64,000 bases of DNA, taken from assembly GCA_030704615.1 (NCBI GenBank), contig CM060731.1:49352001-49416000 (forward strand), in the 5' to 3' direction. The translations under genes and the position numbers were made by a program. The stretch comes from Takakia lepidozioides (lineage: Eukaryota > Plantae > Bryophyta). Under the pieces are notes generated by a model. It was not told where the DNA came from and did not search any database. It worked only from the letters and a program-made list of their open reading frames with translations. Below are positions 11,825-24,513 of the stretch, in pieces. Position 1 is the first letter of the stretch. Every line of letters begins with the position of its first letter.

Positions 11825-14089
11825 GTATATCCACGAAGTGCTTTCGCCTGGCGGTTTTATGAGCTCCTACCCATTCTTCATCGATAGCTAGGCAAAGACA
11901 AATCCTGACACAACTATGTACCCAGCCGGTATTTTGGAGGACTGGAGCAGATCTCATTTGAAAGACTGTGGCTTGTACCTGGATTGCCCCAAACAATCAA
12001 TCACACCATGGGCGGAGAACATCCTTCGGAGCTTGAATGACAATGCAGAGGCTCTTGCTCCTCTGACGGATAGCTGCAGTTGAGAGATCTCCAGGTTTTG
12101 AAAGCAAAGGAACCGGTGGTGAGTCAGAACCCGAAGAAAAAGGACAGAAGAAGGAAAAAAGAAAAAGAGGCTGATGACGTTCAGACTTTAGCTTCTGGAC
12201 AAGGTAGGGCTCAAAGGGGGTCAAAGGGGCCTGCTCAGTGTGACCGGCCATACGAGGCCCTTCCTAACCCTGGCAGAGAGGTGTTGCTACTCAATTCCAA
12301 CACAAGACAGTGAACGAAGGCTTCTTGGACATGATGGCATTTCAGAGGAAAGGAGTCACCGACGTGGAGAAGTCTCCGACTTGGGAGACACTGTCGTCAT
12401 TCCTCACTCTGGTAAATTCATTATCTCTTCCAGCTTGTGTGTATGTAGATTTGAAGACTGTTTGCAGGTCTTCTAAGTGGGTATGCTTTCTTTGTTGGAT
12501 GTTAAGGCTGCCAAAGGTCCATTTTAGGTGAACGGGGAGAAGAAACCCTTTGCATGCGAGCTCGTAGTTGTGGATATTCCTAACGGGCTTCCAGTCCCCG
12601 ACATTCCTCTGATGGGTGTGACTCCCGCCTGGAATGCATGGGATGATCGCTACTGGCCTTGGGTCTTCAGATTCTGTGGGCATTCCTTGGCTGACAATGG
12701 TTGTCTGCTCATCCTCCAAGCAGCCAATTCAAAGTGTTGGCGCTAGCTCGCCAGTTTCCTTAAGTTAGGTGGAATGAAGGTGATTAAAAGTTGGAATGGG
12801 GTTAACAGCTTGCCACTCACAAAGGGGGACTTCCCAAGCCAGAAGGTAGATTCTCATTTCATCATTTGCTTTCAACCCTCCAAAAATGTCGCTACGGTTT
12901 TGACTCGTCTGTTTCCAATTTTTGCTTGTCATTCTCCCCTACTATATTTGCGTTGACGCAAGCATGGTGCAAGTGTTCTCATTAGTCTTTCCACAGCCCT
13001 GGCTTCGGTGCCCACTCCGGTGTCTTCCCTGTTTTAATCGTGCAGACTCGTGCGCTTTCGACGCACACTGTCTTGTAAGAGAACGCCACCCATCCACACC
13101 GTCTTCCGTGAAGGAGTTCGAAGTCCTGAAGGGGGGGGCGCATGTTGACTCCTCTTGCGATCCGGTGGATGATGATTTTATCTACAACTACGTGGATGCA
13201 TCACTTATAGTGTTGCGGGCGTCCGGAGAGCCATGGAGAAGTGCACGGGAGAAGAGTCCCGCCTGCATGCAGATTGTCATCGAATCCTGTAGTGTCCAAG
13301 GGTCCCGGGTTGTTGATCTCACTCTTGGAACAAGTTTGTGGTTTGCACTGACAGTCTCGCAAATGTTCTGCCTTCATTTGCTGTTCTTTTTGGATTGCAG
13401 GCACGCCTTGCTCTTTGCTCATTGATCGGTGACTCTAAACCTGTTCCATCCGGAATGGGTCTGCACTCCCACCCAGATGTGCTATGAAACATTTCTCACT
13501 AATTATTGACCTCTTCATCGCAGACCGGTCTATTTGAGGCCGTCTGTCTCGTGAGGGTACATCCACTGTCGATTCCCACCACAGTGGTTGAGTTCGAGCT
13601 TCATGGGGGAGGATGTTTCATAAACGAGAGATTCGATCCTGTCATCGATGACATACACTACAACTATGTGGACTCCAATGTATGTTTGCGAAAGCCAAAT
13701 GGAACGCCTTGGAGAGGGACCCGTGAAAAAAGCCCGGCTTTTATCCAAACGATCATTGAGAGTTGTTCTCGGCCAGGGGCCCGCATCATAGATCTCACTC
13801 TCAGCACAGGTTTCTCTTCTTGCCTTTGTCATCGATTTCTTTTCTTCTGCACGTCCTTTACTCAATATTCTAAAACTCTAATTCCATCATTCTGTCTCTT
13901 GCAGGCGTTTCTTACCATGCTTGCAAGGCAGGTGGCAGACACTTGTTTGGTATGGAAGGAGATGCAGATATTTTCACTGGCCTACTCGCCGAGTTGCAAG
14001 GGGGTTCGTCTACCTCCAGTGTGAAGGATGTCACTGCGCAAATTGATATCCTCGACGGAGACGACAAGGACCTGGGACTTTTCATGTGA
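11825..14089 (+). pseudogene. Intron-containing beta-class N6-adenine/N4-cytosine DNA methyltransferase-like gene (N6_N4_Mtase fold), decayed; 5' end uncertain (may include ORF 11006-11300)
   Basis: Motif IV-like ELVVVDIPNG (DIPNG at 12573-12587) precedes motifs X-I-II. Splicing 13524-13809 to 13905-14089 gives REKSPAFIQTIIESCSRPGARIIDLTLSTGVSYHACKAGGRHLFGMEGD. In-frame TAG at 12744. Confidence 0.65.
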
Positions 14090-15070
14090 GTAAGTTCAAT
14101 TTCTGTCTATTTCATCCCTGTGTATATTCTCTGTCGCGTCCCCTTCTGTTGTCTGATTATTACCCAAATGGTGCATTTCTGATTGCAGGAATGTCAACGC
14201 AATCCCGTTGCCCCTGTCTTCCATATACTTGAGGGACTTGTGCTGGAGCCCATCTCCTATTTATGTCCTTCCCGACTACGCGGAAGGCATTGCTCGTGTG
14301 CATGCAGCTGTGCTTTCTCCCCCACCCTTGCGTTGGAGTTCCAGGAAGATGCTCAGGCACCTCTGCGCAAAGGTCTTTTTAGATGATAGCGCCGCAATTT
14401 CAGGTGGTAGCATTAGCAATGTTGACACCACCTACGGATGTACTTGAGGGCATTCATTTATGGAACATGAGGGGACACACTCTCCGTTTTCCGTTGCACC
14501 ACCATTTCTCTTCCCACCATCCGTTGTAGTGAGCACAGACTACAATGAAATTCACATCCCGTCATTGAAACATTTTCTCCCCCGCGTCCTGCGAATTTGA
14601 AAGTGTTTTCTTTCTAAACATTGCTCTCCAATTCAACCGTGTGCATTCAATAAAAGTTTTTCAACAGAGATGAATATGTGCATAGTCCAGTAGACAGTCA
14701 TTCGACATATGCCATCACACCAATATTTGGTTGGATGGATGGAGGATGAATGTTTTTGGATGGATGAAGCCAGATTGGATGTGACCTGTGGATGAATGCT
14801 GCATGCATGGATGGTCCCATGGATGATGTCAGTGCGCAGTATCATGCACAGGGGCAGGATGGCGAGGTTCACTGTCGGGGTTGAAGTGGGTCCCTACGGC
14901 TGACAAGGGTTGGGGTTTCTGTTTGGGGTTGCAGGGTAAATATGGATGAAGACGTGTTTCTGCGGTAATGGGTCCTCTTCCACGGAAATAGACGCCGCAT
15001 CTTTCCCAAAATCATGCCACGTGTCCTGGGCTCACAGACTCCCGGGCTCACACTCTAGCATCCCCCCCCC

Positions 15071-16150
15071 ATAGTTTGGAGACGCGACCCCCGCATCACT
15101 TGCCTAAATTCTCTCCTGGTATGCCAAGCCCTCTTGCCCCCTCCTCTGGACCACGGTACCATCCCGAATTGGGTTGTTGTCCTCGCCAAGCTAGGAAGGG
15201 ACGCAAAAAAAGCCGCATATCTTATAACCAAACAAAAAACTAGTGATAACCACAAAAAGTTTATTACCTCCTTTGGCCAGCTCCTACATGACCATCCCAA
15301 AAGAGCACACAAAGCCATCTTTAACCCTACGCTCAACCCACCAATTGACTGCCTTAAACACCGGCTGGGCCATCTCTTGACAAGCCCCACCGATATCAAC
15401 AAAGAAATATGGATACAAGCATCCGCTTCCTATACGCCTGCTATCACGAACTACCTACACCCTGAGCACCACCACCCCAATTGTTTATGTAAAGTCAAGC
15501 ATTACCCATGGCATGATCTCGACGGATTCTCCTTAGACAAACGTGGGATATCCACAGACCACATACATGACCTATTCACACTAGATCTTTATGACTCTTG
15601 CCTTAAAGGTCTATCCAAATCAAAAGCCCCTGGACCAGATATGATCCCTAACGCTATATTACAAGCGCTTGACCCCCATTTTCATACCCTCTTCTTCAAA
15701 TTTTTCAAACTATGTTACCAACTCAAGCGTATCCCACCCACTTGGAAACATAGTCGCACCATCCTGCTATTTAAGAAAGGCGACCCTACTGACCTTGGTA
15801 ACTACAGACCCATAGCCCTAGCCAACACTATCTATAAATTGTTTACCAGCACACTGACCACGTTGCTATCCAATTACGGAGAACAACACCATATTCTGAG
15901 CGACCCCCAGGAGGGCTTCCGAGCCACACGTAGCACAACCCGTCAAATACAATACGTCCTCTCAGCCCTCGAAGATGCCAAGCTGAATAAACAAGATATC
16001 TACCTCCTGTATATAGACTTTAAAAATGCCTTCGGATCCTTAGATCATGCCAAACTACTTGCAATCATGACGGACCTTGGTTATCCCATCGATGCCATCC
16101 AACTCATTGGCAATATCTATACCAACAGCACTACAGAATACTCCAGCTCA
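15071..16150 (+). mobile_element. Non-LTR retrotransposon (LINE) reverse transcriptase fragment, truncated at both ends
   Basis: ORF 15134-16174 contains KAPGPD, ILLFKKGD..NYRPIAL, QEGFR, YIDFKNAF; stops before the QG/YADD motifs. Confidence 0.88.
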
Positions 16151-17065
16151 ACACGAAGACATGGCCGACATTGACGACGATTTTGATTGTGAGTAAGTCT
16201 ACACCATTCTTTTACGTTCTTCTTTGTCAGCTTTTGCTTCTTTAGTTGGGCCTCCACTGTCGTGTGAGAATGGGGGATGCTCATGAAACTTTGGGATGTT
16301 TTTGCAGGAGCCCAAGATTGCCAAGGTTCCTCCCTTTCTTTGCGAACCCAGACTTCTATCCTAGTCTGCCCCCCCTTCTTGAATTGCCATGTTATGTGGA
16401 GGCTGCAGCCAAAGCATTTGCTCTCCAGACATCTCCCCCTCCTCTGCTTTGCGACCGGAGGGGAAATGTGGATAGCAGGGCTAGGGTGTTCATTGATAGT
16501 TGTGCTTTAGTTTTGGATGCAAACTCCTCTGGCAGTGCATCTTCTTGTTCGAAATGATCGATTTCTTTTCAAACTATCTATCAATAAACTAGTACCGAGT
16601 TGTTTGATTTGAATCCGGTGTGTGCCTCTGGACCTATTCTTCTCTTCATAACTTCCTTCATCTTGTTTCTCCATTCATCCATATTTGAGGCGTCCACAAT
16701 ACAGGCACTCGACATCCATCATGTTGTCAATTATTCATCCATGCATTCATGCATCCATCGGTGTACCAGCGTTCATCCAAATTCAATGTTACGTTCATCC
16801 AGAGTTCATCCAGAATGCATCGAATATTCATCCAACATTCATCCACATGCGCACAATGTCTCTTCTACAAAGTTGCAAACTACTACCTGGTTGTATGCAT
16901 CCTTTCCCGCGGATACAGGTCTCCCGGGGTTTTCTCATCCACGGTTATAGGCCTGCGCGGTGACAATCATCCTCATCCATTAGCATCTTTCCGCTCACGG
17001 ATGAGCATCTTCTCACTCACGAATCTTTCCGCTCGCGTGAGCCGCTCACGGATTAGCATCCCCCC
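16150..17065 (+). mobile_element. 3' remnant of a second element related to the amino-MTase-like unit
   Basis: Acidic exon end ...TGTGAGTAAGT as at 14085; CATCC-rich subterminal region; ends in GCTCACnnnnTAGCATCCCCCC like 15046-15066. Confidence 0.45.
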
Positions 17066-17934
17066 TATTTGGAAGACCATTGGGAGTCCTTGGAGGACTG
17101 TTTGGAGTTCTTTGGAGGACTATTTGGGGTCCTTGGAGTCCAATATTTGGCGAGCTTGAGGAGTCTTTGGCGACTTGTGTGAGGGACTATTTGGGGTCCT
17201 CGAGGGCTAAGTTTTGGCAGGCTCTTGGGGCCTCGGTTTACTGTTTTGGAGTTCCATTGTGCAAGGATTGGGAGCCTTAGTGAGATTATTTGAGAGACAT
17301 ATTCTTGAGGGCTCCTGGAGAGTTATTTGAGAGACCCTTGAAAGGTAGTCTTGTCTATTGTTCAAGCAAGAGAGTGTGGATATAGGGTAGTGAGATGAGG
17401 GCATGCTGGGATTAGGAATTGCTTATTTAGTCTATCTTCCTTGTAGTCTTTCACCCTCTCTGTAGGCCAAAACCTTTCCGTAGGTGGAGGCAAGAGTCAG
17501 TCCGGGTTTGGGCTGGGGTGTCATTGCAGGAGCGACATTGTGGAGTGTTTTTGGTGTGGGGGAGTTGATGTCTTGATTTTCTTGTGTTTGGATCCCCTCC
17601 ACACCTGCATGCTTGACTGTGCGCCGTGTTAGCTTTGTGTGGGCGCTTGTTTTCATAGGAGGTTGGTCCGGATTTGATCACCGGTCAATCCTAGAGCGTG
17701 CTGTCGTTGGTGAGGCTGGGGTGATGACCAGTCAGACCATCATTGTCTCTCTTATAGTGAGGTTGGGTTGATGACCAGCAGACCATAGGAGTGCTTACGG
17801 TGGATGCAGGTGCAGGTTTATGTTACGAACCTCGTAGTCTAAGCCATAAGCCACAACAGGTTCTCTACCCGGTTACCTTGTGAAAAGGGGGATTAGAGAC
17901 AAGTTTGTAACATGTCTGGTTGTGAGTTTTCATC

Positions 17935-19181
17935 ATGGAGGTGCCACCAGTTGCTGAGGAGAGTGCCGGTATAAGCACCAACGATACTAGTAGATATACA
18001 AGACGAGGTGTGCGGTTTAGGCCACCTTCACCTTCAGCGTCTTCTGAGGAAGGTTCAGACTCAAAGTTAGGAGGATTCTCGCCGAGGGTGCAAGCCATTT
18101 CCGTGCCATTGTTGTGGGATACGATGGAGGAAATGTATGGAGCTACCAAGGGGCCACGTCGGTACTCTGGAACTGTGGACACCATCAAGCTTGATGATTT
18201 CATACATGAGTTTGATAGTTGGTGTGATTTGCAGCAGATGCGCAATCCACAACTGTTTACGCCTTTTATGGCGTGGAAGGGGTTGTTTCAGCACCTTGAG
18301 GGGACGCCCATGGATGACTACTATGAGTTTAGGCGGGGACATGAGGTGGAGATTAAGGAATGGCGGGTGTATTGCTCACCTTGACTAGTTGTGGAGTTCT
18401 TCGAGGAGTTAAGGAGAAACTACCAGGGGATAAGGACGGAGAAATTGCGGAGCTTGCAAGAGTTCCAACGAAAGCCTACCGAGAGTTTAAGGGAGGCTTA
18501 CACGCGCATGAGGCGATTGATGATAAATGTAACCCAAGGGCTTACGGAAGCTCAAGTAGTCCAATTCTGGTATAGGATATTGGACAAGGAGCTGAGGAGA
18601 AGGGTGTGGGATGCAACTCTCCTACAAGTGGCCCAACCTACCTTAGCAAATGTGTTTTTGCTGGCAGAGCGGATAGAGCTCAATATGGTAGAGGAGCGAG
18701 TGGTCATGGTGGGGTTTGGTAAGGAGACATAACGAAGTGGGGCTTCCATCCAACAACAACCACTACCCCAACGTGCTCAAGGCAACAAAGGGGCTCAAGC
18801 GAAGCCAAGGGAAGGACAAAGAGGATCTCAATTGCAGAGGTCACTTCCTTCATTCTCAGGCCAACAACAGTCGGGAGTGACATGTTGGGATTGTGGAGGA
18901 CCCCATGTTAAGAGAGATTGCCCAGAGAGAGGCAAAGGGCCGACACAGGCACAGCCTACACAACCACAGTGTAGGCACTGTGACAAGTATGGGCACGAAG
19001 AGACCCATTGTTATGACTTACATCCTGAGCTACGGCCAGGCCAGTTCCAAGGGAATAATGGTGGCCGAGGACGAGGCAATGTATTCCAGAGAGATAGAGA
19101 AGGCAGAGGTCGTGGTGGAGGTTGTAACCAAAACCAAGGAGCATAGGGTCAAGGTCAAGGTCATGACCAAGGTGTGGTGAA
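17935..19181 (+). pseudogene. gag: Gag of the DNMT-Gypsy element with two zinc knuckles
   Basis: Capsid-like LRSLQEFQRKPTESLREAYTRMRRL; CWDCGGPHVKRDC and CRHCDKYGHEETHC knuckles; stops and frameshifts. Confidence 0.82.
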
Positions 19182-19963
19182 TGTCATGGACATAGCCCAG
19201 AGGAACTTACCAGGAGTAAATACCAGAAGTTACCAAGTTATCATGTTATCAAAAGTTACCGTGATCTATCATAATTTATCATAAATTACCATTAGTTACC
19301 AAGTTATCGGAGTTTACCAAATTACCGAGAGTAACTTGCGAAACTGCTCAGGAAACTTCCTTTGGATGAAACTTCTCCATCAAGATACATCTTTTGTTTA
19401 AGGAAACTTCTCCAGATGAACTTACCAGGAGTTATCAAGTTATCATGTTACCAAAATATATCGTAATCTATCATGATCTATCATGATTTATCATAAGTTA
19501 CCATAAGTTACCAAGTTACCGGAAGTTTACCAAAATTACCGAGAGTAACTTGCGAAACTGCTCAGGAAGCTTCCTTTGGAGGAAACTTCTCCATCAAGAT
19601 ACCTCATTTGTTTAAAGAAACTTCTCCATCAAGAAACCTCATTTGGGGAAGCCTCTTAGGGAACCTCTTAGTAGCCAGTATATATAGGAGGCGAGACTGG
19701 ACACTCTTCAGTCTCGCCAACACAAGTTCAAGCTATTCTTGTTCCCAGTCCCAGTACTCCAGTCCAGCTTCCAGTACCTTAGTCCAGTTTCCAGTATCTG
19801 GTACCCCAGTCCAGTTTCCAGCATTCATGTATTCGAGTCAAGTTCCAGTATCTTGTACTCTTGTCCATTGTTATAAAGATCCACGCCGACGTTGACTTCT
19901 TATCAGTCTTGTACCTCTAGTCTGATCTCTTGTTTGTATTCAGTCACGTTCTCGTCCTTGACA
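19182..19963 (+). repeat. 5' LTR of chromovirus (contains ~200-bp internal tandem duplication; TATA ~19679)
   Basis: High identity to 47897-48678; TG...CA termini. Confidence 0.92.
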
Positions 19964-20130
19964 GTTTGACGAGACTAAAGTTTGTTCCTTAGTTAATTAA
20001 GATGAAATGCACATTTGCGAAAATGGTCGCCACATTGCAGGGTCTTCAGCTCCAGATGTAAGAACTTCGTGCCTCTACTGCCTAACTACAAACTGATCAG
20101 TCTCAAGATCTTGGCAACGCTCTCAACAAT

Positions 20131-23100
20131 TTGCAACAACAAATTTCAGAGTTGAAGGAGTTGAACAATGGATCTTCAACCTTACAAGTCCCTACTACAA
20201 CAAATCCTACTGCAACAGTTCCTCCAAATCTTCAACAGATTACAAGGGAATTAAAGGTCAGCATGCCCGAGAAATTTGATGGGACGAGATCAAGATTTCG
20301 CGGTTTTGTTCAACAAGTACGATTGTTTCTACGACTACATCCACAATGCTACCCTGATGAAGGTATTCAAGTGGGATTCGTGGGTACCTTTCTATCAGGC
20401 ACTGCTCTATCTTGGTTTGCACCGCTATTAGAGAAAAATTCGTATTTACTATACAATTTTGAGGCGTTCATGTCCGAGTTCACTGCAACGTTTGGAGAGA
20501 ATGATAGAGAGAGAGTTGCACAGACAAAGATACGAAATCTTCGACAAGGAGCACGTCCAGCTCCCGTTTATGCTGCCGAATTTCGACAACTTGCGTGCGA
20601 CCTTGACTGGAATGAGAAGAGCCTCATTAGTCAGTTTCCATATGGCCTAAAAGAGGATGTAAAAGATTTGTTGCTGACAATGCCAAACGTGAGTACACTG
20701 AGCGAATTCATCACCCAAATCATTGCATGTGATAATCGTTTGTTCGAAAGACGTCAAGAGAAACGATCTGGATGGTCGACGACGCACCATGCCGCTGCTA
20801 CTACGGCACCAAACACAACGATCCATCAGACATCCGGTAATGATCCTATGCAGATTGATGTTGTCCGATTCAAGCCATTCACGCCACAAGAAAAACAAAG
20901 ACGGCGCTCGAATGGATTATGCCTTTATTGCAGAGAAAATGATCACATAGCATTAAACTACCATAACAAGAGAAGATTCAAAGCTCGGGGCACAATTCAA
21001 GTGTTCGATACAAGGAGGTCGGAAAATAAAGATGTTCAGTCACAGTAGGGACCATGCGGCTGGATATCCCAAATTCCTCACCAAAAAAAGGTCTCTTTCT
21101 TCCTCCAGACCCTGTACCTTGTTTTACAGTTCTAGTAAAGATCAGGATGCAAAATCGAGATATTTCCGTAGAAGCACTTTTGGACTCGGGCGCTTCAGCG
21201 TGTTTTATTGACAAAGACTTTGCGAAGCAACACAATTTAACGCTCGTAAGAAAGAAATTCTCGGCCCCTGTTGAAGTCATCGATGGACGACCGTTAGCAT
21301 CATGAAATATTGACCATGAAACTTGACCCCTTGAAGTGAAGCTTAAAAATCAAGCATCGCAGATTGTTTTCAGTCTCCAATGAATCATGTGATTCTTGGA
21401 CTACCCTGGTTTGTATTTCATAATCCCGACATCGTCTAACGATCACGAAAAATTTCGGCAAGACAAAAATGCAAAAGTACCAAAGGTATTCAACCCGTGT
21501 TTCTTGGAGTTAGAGCCTTCATGAGAGCTACGAAGAAAGACGCGACATTCGCACTTTATGCGACTCTGATCAAAACCACAACAGACCAAGGTACTTCGAC
21601 ATTACTCACTCAATATCAAGATTTCAAAGATGTCTTCGAGAAGAAAAATGCAGACATGTTGCCAGAATATCGACCTTATGATTGTGCAATTGAGTTGCAA
21701 GAAGGAGTTCAACCACCATTCGGCCCGATCTACAATTTATCTCAAACGAAGCTGGCTGCTTTACGCGAATACATTGATGAAAATTTGTCAAAGAATTTCA
21801 TTCGACATTCGAAATCACCCGCGGGAGCACCTATCTTATTTATGAAGAAGAAAGACGGATCGTTACGCATGTGTGTGGACTATCGTGGGCTCAACAAAGT
21901 CACTATAAAAAGTCGTTACCCAGTACCGCTGATTTCCGGACTCCTCGAATAACTTGGACGAGCAAATTTTTCACAAAGATCGACTTGAGAGGAGCTTACA
22001 ACCTTGTACGAATAAAAGAAGGAGACGAATGGAAGACTACTGTTCACACAAGGTACGGACATTTCGAATACATTGTTATGTCTTTCGGTCTTACAAATGC
22101 TCCAACAATTTTTCAACACATGATGAATGACATATTTCGAGAATTTTTAGATGACTTTGTAGTCATCTATTTGGACGACATTTTGATAGTTTCACAGAAT
22201 GAAGAAGAACATGGTCGCCATGTACGCCTTGTCCTTGATAAATTGAGGGAAAAATGACTATTATACCAAGTTGGAAAAATGTCTTTTCCACCAATCTGAA
22301 GTCGAATTTTTGGGCTACATTATTTCCGACAAATGAGCCTTTATGAATCAGAAGAAAATACAAACCATCATCGAGTGGATTAAACCAACTTCAGTCCAAG
22401 ATGTACAATGTTTTTTAGGATTTCAAATTTCTATAGAATCTTCATCAAGGACTACTCCAAAATTGCTACACCATTGACAGTGAAGGACAAATTTGTATGG
22501 GACGAGAAGACTGACCAAGCATTTGAAAGGCTGAAGCAGACATTTACAACGGCTCCAATACTGGTACATGCAGACCCATCTAAACCATTCTTTTTGGAAG
22601 CAAATGCATCGGACTTTGCACTTGGCGCGGTACTCTCTCAATACGGTACAAATGGCCGACTTCACCCTGTTCGTTTTCGTTCTCGCAAATTTTTCGCTAC
22701 AGAGATCAATTATGAAATCCATGACAAAGAACTTCTAGCGATTATCGATGTTTTTGAGGAGTGACGTCATCTATTGGAAGGAACTAAACATCAGGTCACT
22801 GTCTATACCGATCACAAAAACCTCGAGTATTTTATGAGTGCTCGTGTTTTGAATCGACGTCAAACGAGATGGAGTATGTCACTAGCAAGGTTTAATTTTG
22901 TTGTTACCTACCGCCCTGGACATCTTCAAGGAAAATCAGATGCTCTTTCTCGACGATCGTATCTTGCGCCAAAAGAAGGGGATGAAGCTTTTGACCAACA
23001 AAAATCCATCATCTTGAAACTAGCAAATCTCCAATTGAATATGCTATCCATGTCCACCTATGACGATGTAGAGATCATAAAAGAGATTTGCCACGACATT

Positions 23101-24500
23101 ACGAAATCAACTAAATCGACATCGAGACAACCCATATGTTACAAACGACTTCGAATTCAAAGATGATTTACTTTATTTCAAGAAACTTCTCTATGTACCT
23201 ACAGGACCTACACGACTTCGAATTCTTCAAACCTGTCATGATCTTCCGGCTGCAGGACATTTCGGTTTCAACAAAACAATGGAATTGATATCCAGGGACT
23301 ATTGGTGGCCGCAGGTGTGGAAACTCGTGAAAGAATTTGTAAAATCTTATGACACTTGTGCTAGGGCGAAATGACCACGACATCGACCTTACGGCCTTCT
23401 TCAACCATTACCCATTCCCAAGGGTCCATGGTCGTCCTTGTCTATGGACTTTATTACGGACCTTCCAATTTCCAAGACCACCGACTCAATCATTGTTATT
23501 GTGGATTGTTTTACGAAGATGACACATTTCATCCCATGTAATAAGACGGTTACTGGTGAGGAAACTGCAAAACTCTTCCTCAATAATATCTACCGCATTC
23601 ATGGACTCCCGAAGGACATCGTATCTGATCGAGGACCACAATTCATATCAAATTTCTGGAGGGGATTATTTCACATATTGGATACTAAGATCAACATCTC
23701 TAGAGCTAATCATCCACAGACTGATGGTAAAACCGAACGCGTAAACCAGATTTTGGAGCAATATCTTCGTTGTACGATAAATTATCACCAAGATAATTGG
23801 ACGAACCTTCTGCCATTAGCTGAGTTTGCCTACAACAACACTATACATTCTTCGACCAAACAAACTCCATTTTTCTCCAATTATGGTCATCATCCTCGAG
23901 CAAACCCTTTCCACATGAAAACTGTTGGAAGCCCTGCTACAAAAAACCTTGCTATTCATCTTGCTACGATTCACAAAGAGCTTACATTCCACCTCGCAGA
24001 AGCTCAAAAATAACACAAGGAGTATGCAGATCAACATCGCCAACTCCAACCCCAGTTCAAGGTCGGAGATCGTGTGTGGCTTCTTTGACGGGACATACAA
24101 ACCTCGCGTCCATCAAAGAAGTTGGATTATCAGCGCCTGGGACCATTCAAAATTATTTGACAAATAAATCCGATCAGTTTTCGGCTTGAACTCCCATGAA
24201 GTATGCGCATCCATCCAGTCTTTCATGTTTCATTATTGGAGTTGTATCATCTATCGAATATTCCAGGGAGAGTCTCCGTACCACCTCCACCAATCGAAGT
24301 CAATCAGGAAATTGAGTATGAAGTCGACGAAGTCCTAGACTCTCGCATCAAATATAAATGTCTTGAGTATTTCGTACATTGGAAAGGCTACGACATCAGC
24401 GAATGAACGTGGGAACCTTCATCCAACCTTGCCAATGCATCTGACAAAGTCCAAGAGTTTCATCAACGATATCCAGCTAAGCCCCGAGCTACACGTCAAT
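20131..24500 (+). pseudogene. Chromovirus gag-pol (Gag, protease, RT, RNase H, integrase, chromodomain), decayed
   Basis: Gag MPEKFDG..; LLDSGAS; [18 protein letters not shown]; ASDFALGAVL, NYEIHDKELLAI; SMDFITDLP, SDRGPQF, TERVNQ; HPVFHVSLL; chromodomain EYEVDEVLDSR..YFVHWKGY..TWEP. Confidence 0.93.
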
Positions 24501-24513
24501 AAGACGTCACAAC

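Noticed and set aside
17856-17875. Primer-binding site of the DNMT-Gypsy (ACAGGTTCTCTACCC)
   Set aside because: Correct position, but I could not match it to a tRNA 3' end, a tRNA half or an LTR sequence; left unassigned.
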